Shown piece after piece: positions 54,810-63,747 of a stretch of 64,000 nt of DNA. The DNA is taken from IMG/VR virus record IMGVR_UViG_3300027740_000003, positions 128,001 to 192,000 of that record; one strand, given 5' to 3'. Under the pieces are notes generated by a model that had not been told where the DNA came from, made no database searches, and saw nothing but the letters and a program-made list of their open reading frames with translations. Numbering within the stretch: the first letter of the stretch is position 1; each line of letters opens with the position of its first letter. The DNA is from a virus. Lineage: Duplodnaviria; Caudoviricetes. Made by a program: the position numbers and the translations under genes.

Positions 54810-55391
54810 ATGGCAATTGAGAATGTAAAAAATGAATTAGAAGAATTAGCCAGGTCCCTAGGGATAACATTGCCAGGCCAGCGGGCCGAATCTAATACAC
54901 AGACTTATAGAATGCCAACTGAAGGACAAATAATCAGCCAACATCATCCTATATCCCAAGGAGGATTTGCCACGCCAACCCATCCACAAGGGCATTTCGG
55001 ATTAGATATATTAGGACAGGTTGGCACACCAATATATGCTATTGGCCCCGGGGTTGTCTCACAAATATACAACGAAAGCAATAATCCCAAAGGCGGGAAT
55101 GCTGTAAAAATATACCACGAAGACGGAGCTGTAGTTTCATACTATGCTCATTTAGATAAAGTTGATGTGTCTGCGGGAGACGAGGTAAATCAGAACACAC
55201 AAATTGGAACAATGGGTACTAGCGGAATGATTTATAATGGGAAAAAACGACACACAGCTCCACATTTGCATTATCAAGTAAAAATTAACGGGACCGATGT
55301 TAATCCATCAATGATTGCCAGCAAACCAATCGGATCCTTTTCTAGAGTTGCCAGGCTAGCCGAAGAATTTAGAAAAAAGCTAGGATTTTAA
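54810..55391 (+). CDS. M23 family peptidase
   Basis: HFGLDI, GTPIYA...G.V, YYAHL, PHLHYQV; C-terminal VARLAEEFRKKL. Confidence 0.92.
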   Translation: MAIENVKNELEELARSLGITLPGQRAESNTQTYRMPTEGQIISQHHPISQGGFATPTHPQGHFGLDILGQVGTPIYAIGPGVVSQIYNESNNPKGGNAVKIYHEDGAVVSYYAHLDKVDVSAGDEVNQNTQIGTMGTSGMIYNGKKRHTAPHLHYQVKINGTDVNPSMIASKPIGSFSRVARLAEEFRKKLGF

Positions 55392-56366
55392 TTCATCAAT
55401 TTTTGGCACAAATTTTTCCGCTTCTTCCTTAAAGAAAGAAGGTGGTTTTACCGATGACAAATCAAGATCAAAATCCGGCTTATCTATTGGATCAGAAACT
55501 TTTGCAAAGAATTCATTTTCTTCTCTTTTGGTCATTCCCAAATTATCGCAAGGATGAGATTTTATTACAAAATCTTCGCTAAGAAGATTTCTTAAAGCTA
55601 GTAAATCTTGGTAAGAAAAACTCTTTGCACAATAGTTATAATCTAACCATGCTTCAAAAGAAATTGGCACAACCCGTTTTACCATAGCCGCTATTATATT
55701 TGCATATTCCCTAGTTTCAAATTGAGCATGTTCGTCGCATCTTAATTTTAGAAAATGAAATAAGTTATGCAAATCCATCTTCCAATACCATTCGGTATAT
55801 GTAGACAACGGAAGATCTATCCTGGCAATTTCTCTGGCAGTTTCGTTCTTCAGGTCTTTAACATAAAGATTACCACAATATTCTCTTAAACTAATATGAT
55901 CCTCGATCCAGTTGCCGTAAAGATTTTCGTCAACAATACCAGAACGTCCTTGTTTGTTATCTGTCGATTGATATTGAAAATCTTTGTGTTTAGGAGTATA
56001 GAATTGTAATGGCATAATTGAATATCTGCCGCTGAGCTCGTTCAAATTAGCAACTCTGTGCCGTACTATTTGTCTAGCAACAAATATAGGCAGCTTCATA
56101 TGGAATTTTAATTCTACCATCTCTAGCGGCGAAGTGTGTTTGTGATTAATCAAATATCTAATTAGACCTTTGTTATTAGATATAGATTTGGTTCCAGCTC
56201 CATATGAACATCTTGCTGCTTGTGCTATACAAGCATCATTACCCATATAATCAATCAAGGAACAGAATCCATTATCTAAAACTGGGAAATATAATCCTAG
56301 TAATTCTTCTGCTCCCCGATTTGATCTAAAATTTTTCGCCTCAATATTTGCTTCCGACAATCCCAT
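55380..56366 (-). CDS. thyX: FAD-dependent thymidylate synthase
   Basis: H.SPLEM, RQIVRHR.A.LNELSGRYS, ARIDLP, LRCD.HAQ.E.R. Confidence 0.95.
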   Translation of the reverse strand: MGLSEANIEAKNFRSNRGAEELLGLYFPVLDNGFCSLIDYMGNDACIAQAARCSYGAGTKSISNNKGLIRYLINHKHTSPLEMVELKFHMKLPIFVARQIVRHRVANLNELSGRYSIMPLQFYTPKHKDFQYQSTDNKQGRSGIVDENLYGNWIEDHISLREYCGNLYVKDLKNETAREIARIDLPLSTYTEWYWKMDLHNLFHFLKLRCDEHAQFETREYANIIAAMVKRVVPISFEAWLDYNYCAKSFSYQDLLALRNLLSEDFVIKSHPCDNLGMTKREENEFFAKVSDPIDKPDFDLDLSSVKPPSFFKEEAEKFVPKIDELKS

Positions 56367-56953
56367 TATTTCGCCCTCTGGTACCAATTAATAACAACAG
56401 CATGAAAATCTCCAATGTTCTTAATAGTTTCGTGTTCGACGTCTATTGTATAAAAATCTTTAATATTAACATTTTTTACATAATCAATTAAATAAAGATC
56501 TGTTGGAATGCTATAAATATATCTGTTCCCAACAACAAATAATAATTTATATGTATTTGTTTCTTTGGTTTCGACAATATCAACCAACGTTGCTGGATGT
56601 TCTGTGTTATTGATTATATTTGTTCCCCTATATCCAGCAACATAGGTTTTCCCAGAAATTATTTTTGTTGGCAATGACATGTCTTGTAAAGCTCCACTGA
56701 TATTATATAGAGTGGCTTCTGGCCCAAAAATCAAAGCAAGATCCTTAACGACTTTACTTAAGGAAACCTCTTCCTCTTTTAATGAATCAACAAGTGCTTC
56801 CAATGCCTGTTCTTTTGTTGCCCACCCTACAATGTTAGGTCTTCTATCTTCTAGTATCATTCCGTATTTGTATCCTTGATCAAGCATGTTATTCTCCATT
56901 TGTTCTTCTATTGCTGTTAGTAAATCCATTGGACAAGCATATGCCACAGTCAT
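56366..56953 (-). CDS. hypothetical protein
   Basis: 195-aa ORF. Confidence 0.65.
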   Translation of the reverse strand: MTVAYACPMDLLTAIEEQMENNMLDQGYKYGMILEDRRPNIVGWATKEQALEALVDSLKEEEVSLSKVVKDLALIFGPEATLYNISGALQDMSLPTKIISGKTYVAGYRGTNIINNTEHPATLVDIVETKETNTYKLLFVVGNRYIYSIPTDLYLIDYVKNVNIKDFYTIDVEHETIKNIGDFHAVVINWYQRAK

Positions 56954-56954
56954 A

Positions 56955-57359
56955 TTAGGTTCCTTTATACTTCTTTCTCATTTTTACACCAAAAACACTA
57001 ACTGTATCGGTTTCTTCTTTTTCGGTGCCCCAACAATCTGATTTATATATTTTTAAATTGATTCCCTGATCAAATCCTTTCATAAATTTCCAAATCCAAT
57101 AAGTGTCTTCTCCAAGAATTTCACAGCAATCTTTTAACCATCCTGAATAAGGAAATGAATTCGAAATATCTTTAATAGATTCTGCTGTTTTTATTTCAGG
57201 TTTGGCAAATCCTTTTCTAAGCATAACAGAGCCAATTGCACTAACTCCAATTAGTTTACCATTAACATAATCATATGCACAACTGGTTGCTATTATTCTA
57301 TATCCGTTTTCTTTTGCCCAAGAAAGAGATTCGTCAATGATAGTCTCTGCCTTCGACAT
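56955..57359 (-). CDS. hypothetical protein
   Basis: 134-aa ORF. Confidence 0.65.
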   Translation of the reverse strand: MSKAETIIDESLSWAKENGYRIIATSCAYDYVNGKLIGVSAIGSVMLRKGFAKPEIKTAESIKDISNSFPYSGWLKDCCEILGEDTYWIWKFMKGFDQGINLKIYKSDCWGTEKEETDTVSVFGVKMRKKYKGT

Positions 57360-58239
57360 TATCTAGCCTTTCAGATAAAGAAAAAACTATATCTTCTAAT
57401 TTTTGAATTCTACTATTAAGTTCTTCAATTGAATTTTCTATAATAATTTCACTAACAGTAATTTTCTTTTGTAATTTTCCGACTTTCTTCAGTTTCTTTA
57501 ACCTATTTTCTACATCTAGTAGAGATTTCTGATTAAATATTTCCGCTTTTGTATAATATATATCAAATAAATTATTTAGAATTGCTTGGAATCTATGGTG
57601 CCCATCAATAAGTTTAAGTTTTTTATTGTTATCTTTAATAACAATTAGGTTGTTTAATTTTTTATCCACCATCAGCTCAGAGATTTTGTTTATATCTGGA
57701 TTGTGATTAGTAATAACTAATTTGTTTATTAAATCTTTTAAAGTTATAGAATATATTTTTACATCACAAATATTTTCATGATCTTTTAATAATTGTCCAT
57801 GTTCTAAAGTAGATGCTAGTTTTAATATTTCAGTATTTCTTTTTCCAACCAACTGTTTGGCAAAATTAATAAACTCATTTGCTTTTGAACAGTTTAATTT
57901 TATGCTATCAATCTCTTCTCCATAATATCCTTCGATAATATTTATGTCAAAACTATCACTGCTAATAGTATTTTTAATATATTTTTCAACAGCATATAAA
58001 ATATTTTCAGCCGTTTTTGAAGTAGAATCAATTTCGATAAAAAGCGATACGTCTTTTGCTATTTCTCTGTAATCTATATTTTCCACTCTAGCATTTAGAA
58101 TTTTTTTACATCGACAACAACCATCGCTGTTAATACATTCTGAAGTGCAACCGGTTGTATCATATTCACAATCACCATAATAATATTTACAATTATCAAA
58201 AAGATGAATTTTTGGAACGTTATTTTTTAACTTTTTCAT
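57334..58239 (-). CDS. ParB/Srx N-terminal domain-containing protein
   Basis: LIVI......LIDGHHRFQA; Cys-rich N-terminus. Confidence 0.75.
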   Translation of the reverse strand: MKKLKNNVPKIHLFDNCKYYYGDCEYDTTGCTSECINSDGCCRCKKILNARVENIDYREIAKDVSLFIEIDSTSKTAENILYAVEKYIKNTISSDSFDINIIEGYYGEEIDSIKLNCSKANEFINFAKQLVGKRNTEILKLASTLEHGQLLKDHENICDVKIYSITLKDLINKLVITNHNPDINKISELMVDKKLNNLIVIKDNNKKLKLIDGHHRFQAILNNLFDIYYTKAEIFNQKSLLDVENRLKKLKKVGKLQKKITVSEIIIENSIEELNSRIQKLEDIVFSLSERLDNVEGRDYH

Positions 58240-59270
58240 AGTATTATATCATGTGGTTTAGATTCGACAATACCAGCATTACTTATCTCAACAAATTCTG
58301 GATTGCGCTTTAGATCTTCTAGATTACTTACTCCTTGATAAGAACATCCGGATCTAATTCCGTCCATCAACCTTGCAATAACTATTTTAACATCTCCTCG
58401 ATAAGGAACATAACCAGAAACACCTTCTATATTGGCAGATTTATGTGTAGACGATCCTGCATACTGTTTGTATATTTGTCCATTTATTATAATCTTATCT
58501 CCGGGGGCTTGGTCTGTTCCAGCCAAAAGATTTCCTAACATAACTGCATCTGCAATAGATAATGCTTTAACACAGTCTCCTGCGTTTTTTATACCACCAT
58601 CTGCTATAATTTTAACATGTGAAAAATAATTTTGTTCCAAAGCCTCTCTACAATCATCCAAAGAAGTAAGTGATCCGCAACCATTACCCGTTTCTATTCT
58701 GGTAGAACAGCACGACCCCCCTCCGACGCCAACTTTTATTACATCCGCCCCGGCAATAGCTAAAAATAAAGCACCTTCACCTGTTGCAACATTACCGGCA
58801 ATAATTAAAACGTCAGGCATATGTTTCCTAACAAAATTAATCATGTCCGATGTATTTTTATGATGCCCATGAGCAACATCAATACAAACAATTTTTACCC
58901 ATTCTTTTAGTGGCAAATATTTTTCAACAAGATATTGTTTTTCTTGATCGGTTGTTCCAACTGACACACCAACGTAATTTACATATTGATCATGTTTTAT
59001 ACTGGCAGATAACCATTTAATAGCTGCAAGATAATCTTGATCCCTGTTATTATTAAACCTATGTAAAATAGCTAATCCGCCAAGTTCTGCCATTGACCGA
59101 GCAAGCTCAGGTCCCGTCACAAACTTCATGTTGGCAGATACAATAGGAATATCTAAAACAATTCCCCGTCCCAGATCTGCCTTTGTTGATACCTCTGATC
59201 TGTGCTGAATTTCTGAATATTTCGGCACAAGTAATAAGTCGTCATACGAATAGCTTTTTCTAATATTCAT
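58236..59270 (-). CDS. guaB: IMP dehydrogenase / GMP reductase (CBS-less)
   Basis: SYDDLLLVP, IDVAHGH, GNVAT, KVGVGGGSCCSTR, IIADGGI, GIRSG.SY.G. Confidence 0.88.
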   Translation of the reverse strand: MNIRKSYSYDDLLLVPKYSEIQHRSEVSTKADLGRGIVLDIPIVSANMKFVTGPELARSMAELGGLAILHRFNNNRDQDYLAAIKWLSASIKHDQYVNYVGVSVGTTDQEKQYLVEKYLPLKEWVKIVCIDVAHGHHKNTSDMINFVRKHMPDVLIIAGNVATGEGALFLAIAGADVIKVGVGGGSCCSTRIETGNGCGSLTSLDDCREALEQNYFSHVKIIADGGIKNAGDCVKALSIADAVMLGNLLAGTDQAPGDKIIINGQIYKQYAGSSTHKSANIEGVSGYVPYRGDVKIVIARLMDGIRSGCSYQGVSNLEDLKRNPEFVEISNAGIVESKPHDIIL

Positions 59271-59330
59271 TCCCAACTCCAACAAGTTGTTGTTGGTACA
59301 GTGTGCGTGTCTCGACAGAAACACCAGATT

Positions 59331-59663
59331 CTAATAATAAACCTCGCCATCACAATTGTGTTTTGGTGCTTCAATATCATCTCTAGGAATTATAGTCTTC
59401 AAAACCAAAGATACAGCTTTTTCTAAAGTAGGAACGTTCACTACTTTCTTATCTTTATAATAAATAGAATTACTGCCATTGTCTTTTTCGAAGAAAACTT
59501 CATACCCAAAATCATTTTGCTCAATAATAAAGCCGTCTTTTATAAAATTAATTGAAGAGTATTTGTCTCTATATCCGCCACCATATATTAATTCACTCAA
59601 ATCACAATACCTACAAATTAATTTGGCATCCTGTAATGTTTTTACCGCCTCTTGTGGTGTCAT
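59331..59663 (-). CDS. hypothetical protein
   Basis: 110-aa ORF, ATGA coupled. Confidence 0.65.
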   Translation of the reverse strand: MTPQEAVKTLQDAKLICRYCDLSELIYGGGYRDKYSSINFIKDGFIIEQNDFGYEVFFEKDNGSNSIYYKDKKVVNVPTLEKAVSLVLKTIIPRDDIEAPKHNCDGEVYY

Positions 59664-60508
59664 TCTATGATATCCTTTATTATTAAATTATCTACTATTT
59701 CATCTGCAAATTCATTTCTATCAGAACATAAACATATTATGTCCATATCATATTTTGATTGTTCTATTGCAATTTTTTGTAATTCTTTAGAAGGATTCTT
59801 TATATAAGATATAGAATATGCATCTTGTTTAACTGCTGCTAATTGTACTTCTTCGGAAGGATTTTTTATATAAGATATAGAAACCCCTATATTTTTAACT
59901 GCTGCTAATTTAACTTCTTTTGAGGGATTCTTTATAAATTGAATAGAAAGCCCGTTTTCTTTAACGGCTGCTAATTTCATTTCTTTAGAAGGATTCTTTA
60001 TATATTGAATAGAGTTTCCGTTTTGTTTAACGGCTGCTAATTTCATTTCTTTAGAAGAATTCTTTATATATCGAATAGAAGTTCCAATTTGTTTAACCGC
60101 TGCTAACTGCATTTCTTTAGAAGAATTCTTTATATATCGAATAGAAGTTCCAATTTGTTTAACCGCTGCTAATTGTGCTTCTTCGGAAGGATTCTTTATA
60201 TATTGAATAGAAGTTCCAATTTGTTTAACCGCTGCTAATTGTGCTTCTTCGGAAGGATTTTTTATATAACAAATAGAATAGCTATTTTGTTTAACAGCTG
60301 CTAATTGCATTTCTTTAGTGGGGTTTTTTATATAACAAATAGAGGTTCCGTCTTGTTTAATAGCTACTAACTGCATTTCTTTAGTGGGTTTTTTTATATA
60401 TTTAAGATTGCTTCCAGCTAGTTTAACTGCCTTTAAAGCAAATTCCTCATCGTCATAATCAAATTTAAGATGTTTAATGCATAATTTATTTAATTTATCT
60501 ATTGACAT
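59660..60508 (-). CDS. DUF4116-like 22-aa repeat protein with IKDIIE tag (intact)
   Basis: ~10 repeats incl. near-identical 66-bp units; ends EIVDNLIIKDIIE. Confidence 0.9.
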   Translation of the reverse strand: MSIDKLNKLCIKHLKFDYDDEEFALKAVKLAGSNLKYIKKPTKEMQLVAIKQDGTSICYIKNPTKEMQLAAVKQNSYSICYIKNPSEEAQLAAVKQIGTSIQYIKNPSEEAQLAAVKQIGTSIRYIKNSSKEMQLAAVKQIGTSIRYIKNSSKEMKLAAVKQNGNSIQYIKNPSKEMKLAAVKENGLSIQFIKNPSKEVKLAAVKNIGVSISYIKNPSEEVQLAAVKQDAYSISYIKNPSKELQKIAIEQSKYDMDIICLCSDRNEFADEIVDNLIIKDIIE

Positions 60509-60518
60509 TTTTTTTCTT

Positions 60519-60863
60519 TTAATAGCAGTAGTTAGCCCGACACCGCTTGCCAAGATTAATTTCTTTTGTATTAGTTATACAAACAGTTTTTGCATTGCTA
60601 CATTCTAAAACTTTATTCGGATAACAAGCAAGTTCACAATTGGTTTGTTTATAAGACAAAGCCAATACCAAGAACACAAAAATAACTACAATCATAATAC
60701 CAATTATTCCAAACATATTTTCTTTTGATTGTCTGGCGTCTATTTCGTCAATGAGCCGATCGATTTCAGTATTAGAATTTTCTAATTTTAAAATTGATGC
60801 ACCAAAATTTACTATTACCTTTTCTAATTCTACAACTGTTTTCTCTAATTTTTCATCGGACAT
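60519..60863 (-). CDS. coiled-coil + single TM + Cys-rich C-terminus protein
   Basis: IIGIMIVVIFVFLVLAL; four Cys downstream. Confidence 0.65.
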   Translation of the reverse strand: MSDEKLEKTVVELEKVIVNFGASILKLENSNTEIDRLIDEIDARQSKENMFGIIGIMIVVIFVFLVLALSYKQTNCELACYPNKVLECSNAKTVCITNTKEINLGKRCRANYCY

Positions 60864-60906
60864 ATTATTTTTTCAACCAAAGCAATAGAGTTTTGTAAAA
60901 TTTTTG

Positions 60907-61344
60907 TCAGTTGGTTGGATATTTTGAATCTCTTTTTAGTCTCTTTTGGTTTATTTCTAAACTTTTTCTTAAATTCCCATCATAATGTCTTTGACATGAA
61001 GAGGCCCAATCACAAAACATCTCAATAATATCAATCAAATTCATATCATCAATTCCTTCAGCAAAATGCTCCGGATGATGTGAGTTTTTCGCATAATGAT
61101 GTATTAAAGCAGGTTTTAAACCATCCAAAGATTTTTGATATTCATCAGAACCATATGTTAAATCCTTCAACTTTTTCGTGTATTCAGAAAATAATGGAGA
61201 TTCAACTTCGCCTAATTTAGACAAATCATGTTGTTCTCCTCGGTTTAGTAATTCTATAATTATTGAATTTAGTAGATTCCTTACCAACAGTATATGTGCT
61301 CTAGTTTCTGATTCTGATGAATATTTATCTTCCTTTGTCGTCAT
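60907..61344 (-). CDS. DUF5662-like (HD-like) protein
   Basis: H..HDLSK, HHY..N.HHPEH, D..EM.CDW. Confidence 0.75.
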   Translation of the reverse strand: MTTKEDKYSSESETRAHILLVRNLLNSIIIELLNRGEQHDLSKLGEVESPLFSEYTKKLKDLTYGSDEYQKSLDGLKPALIHHYAKNSHHPEHFAEGIDDMNLIDIIEMFCDWASSCQRHYDGNLRKSLEINQKRLKRDSKYPTN

Positions 61345-61347
61345 ATA

Positions 61348-62181
61348 TTATCTTCTTGTACATGTAAACTCAAGCAGGTACTTCATTATATGTTGGTCTG
61401 TTTTATATAAAATCATTTCATCGTTGATCACTCCAGAATTTTTACCTCCGAGGGCCCACACAGAATGATTTGGTTGAACATTATTCCATGAATACATATG
61501 AGATCCATTAGCTAATTTCTGATTGCCTAATATACAATCATTAATAAACAAATACGCAACATTATCATTTCCTTTCGCCCAAATACTTGAATTTATTGAA
61601 GAATACCCGCAGGCCTTGCTCGACAGTCCGTGATAGATCCCGTTCCCGTACATTGACCCACATAAAACTACACCAGAAGGTCTTATCAACAAACCTTTCT
61701 TCAATATACCAGTAAGGTTCTCAGTCCTAGTTCCATGGAACAAAGGAATTACATTAGCTTTCTGATACAACTCAGGGTTCCCGTCAGGCCTAGTTTTTAC
61801 TAGCTTTTCCATCTTGTCTGGAAATACTTGCTTTCCACAAACTTGAGCAATAGTCTCCGCTGTATTTTTAAATCTAGCAACCTCTCCTTTTCTTTCAATT
61901 GACCAAGCGTTTAGTAAAGAAATCTTTCCTAGGTAATGATGATTTGAAGCACGTGTCTCCTGAATCATCTTATCTAACCATTTGAACCTATCATCTGTAT
62001 GATCTATAAATGAAAATTCTGTTTCCAAACTTCTATACTGGTCATCAACACCATTACCAGTTAATTCTATATTAAGATCTTTGGCATCTAATAATGTATC
62101 TAAATCATACTCTTTCTGAATAATTTTATCTTGACTATCTAATTGGTGTTGCAGAAAGATATATGGAAAGGGCGTCTGTAA
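61348..62181 (-). CDS. PARP-like ADP-ribosyltransferase catalytic domain, apparently 5'-truncated
   Basis: LFHGTR, GIL..GL.I.P, GSMYGNGIY, SKACGY, DEMILY (H-Y-E); frame open to 62181 but no ATG; first possible start TTG at 62028. Confidence 0.8.
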   Translation of the reverse strand, partial: LQTPFPYIFLQHQLDSQDKIIQKEYDLDTLLDAKDLNIELTGNGVDDQYRSLETEFSFIDHTDDRFKWLDKMIQETRASNHHYLGKISLLNAWSIERKGEVARFKNTAETIAQVCGKQVFPDKMEKLVKTRPDGNPELYQKANVIPLFHGTRTENLTGILKKGLLIRPSGVVLCGSMYGNGIYHGLSSKACGYSSINSSIWAKGNDNVAYLFINDCILGNQKLANGSHMYSWNNVQPNHSVWALGGKNSGVINDEMILYKTDQHIMKYLLEFTCTRR

Positions 62182-63293
62182 TTATTGCAGATGAAATGTC
62201 TTGGTCTAGAGAATCGAATGCTCGAAAAAGAATAGAAAACGCAATAAAATCAAAAAACTATTTATCCGCGGCAAAAATTGCATTTCATGAGTTTAATATA
62301 GACCAAAATTGGGATACAGGATATGGAGGAAAAAAATGGGCCGAATTCTGTAAATATCTTGTTGCTCTTGGAACGGCTATAGAATTATTTAAAAAATCAA
62401 AAACAGAAGAAGAAAAATTAAAATCATCAAATGACATTTCTATTTATATGAATGTTCTTAATGGGCTTACCCATAATACAGGTTCTTTTTCGGAAAAGAT
62501 GATTTACAACGAATCTAATACTAATGTTTTTAATAATTCTTTTGGTAATTCTTTTGGTAATGAATATGAAAATAAAATGAGGGAATTTCTTAAAATTATG
62601 AACGCAAAACAACTAACTCATAAAGAGGACGTTTTACCATTCATAAAACAATACATGTATAACAATCCCGACTCTTTTTTATATCGAGAGCATTTTTCTA
62701 AATTGTTAGCACGGGATAAGCCAGATCTAAATAGGGCAGAAATTGAATTACAAGAAATTAGTAAAAGAAAAAAACTAATAAATTATGTTATTAATTTTAT
62801 TGATTTTAATATCGAAAGAATACAAAATGATTTAACTGAACATAACGTTGTAAATTACAACAATTATATAACGACTATATTAAGTTTGGTAAATAATGTT
62901 ATTTGGAAAAATATAAAAAACAAATTGCTAAATATTGCTAACGAATACAATTTGATTTCAGAAAGTCATAATGTCGAAAATGATATTGAAAATTTATATA
63001 AATATTTTAAAGAAAATGAATTTGGTCTATTTCCAGGAAACTATATAATTATTCTTGATTGGAAATCGAAATATGAAATGAGTTATAATAATGGAAAAAT
63101 TATCATAAAAGCAATAGACAATTATTATCAAACATTATCTAATGATTTTCTTAATTATGAACAAATAGATTTGAATCGCAGTATAATTGATCTTCCGTTG
63201 TTAGAAAAATTAGAAAACGCACTAAATGCATTAAAAAAAATGCGTTCCATAATTAATCAGGAATATAATCTTGGTCTGCCAGAACTAAATTAA
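62163..63293 (+). CDS. hypothetical protein
   Basis: 376-aa ORF with WDTGYGGKKWA motif. Confidence 0.7.
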   Translation: MERASVIIADEMSWSRESNARKRIENAIKSKNYLSAAKIAFHEFNIDQNWDTGYGGKKWAEFCKYLVALGTAIELFKKSKTEEEKLKSSNDISIYMNVLNGLTHNTGSFSEKMIYNESNTNVFNNSFGNSFGNEYENKMREFLKIMNAKQLTHKEDVLPFIKQYMYNNPDSFLYREHFSKLLARDKPDLNRAEIELQEISKRKKLINYVINFIDFNIERIQNDLTEHNVVNYNNYITTILSLVNNVIWKNIKNKLLNIANEYNLISESHNVENDIENLYKYFKENEFGLFPGNYIIILDWKSKYEMSYNNGKIIIKAIDNYYQTLSNDFLNYEQIDLNRSIIDLPLLEKLENALNALKKMRSIINQEYNLGLPELN

Positions 63294-63741
63294 TAGAAAA
63301 TTCAATTTGTGATTGTGTTTCTGGACCAAACACAATACTTTTAACTATATCTAGTGATTCTTTTGGATCTTTATGCAACATAATCATTAAAGATAATATG
63401 GCCATTCCAGTTCTGCCATGCCCGCCGAAACAATGAATATATATGTTTTCCCCACTATTCAATAAATTAATAATTTTCAAAACATCTTTAATAAAATCTT
63501 TTTTATTTTCTGGAACGGAATAATCTGCAATTGGTGAATGAAAAACTGAGAAATGTTTTTTCTCTATTTGTGCTATGGTGTTATCTTCCAACAATGTCCA
63601 AATAACAGATACATTATTTTTTTTCAAATAATCGAATGTTTTATTCATTTTGTCTATTGTTTCATAAGACGACCCAAACCAAATTTTACCTTTGGTTCCT
63701 ATATCAACAAATCCACTAATTGATGTTTCTTTGATGTCCAC
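63253..63741 (-). CDS. dual-specificity/tyrosine protein phosphatase
   Basis: PIADYSVP, IHCFGGHGRTG, PET.SQ. Confidence 0.9.
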   Translation of the reverse strand: MDIKETSISGFVDIGTKGKIWFGSSYETIDKMNKTFDYLKKNNVSVIWTLLEDNTIAQIEKKHFSVFHSPIADYSVPENKKDFIKDVLKIINLLNSGENIYIHCFGGHGRTGMAILSLMIMLHKDPKESLDIVKSIVFGPETQSQIEFSINLVLADQDYIPD

Positions 63742-63747
63742 GACTGG

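Noticed and set aside
59760-60420. CRISPR array or DGR template/variable repeats in the 66-bp repeats
   Set aside because: Repeats are in-frame coding units of DUF4116-like proteins; no reverse transcriptase and no adenine-specific variation pattern seen.
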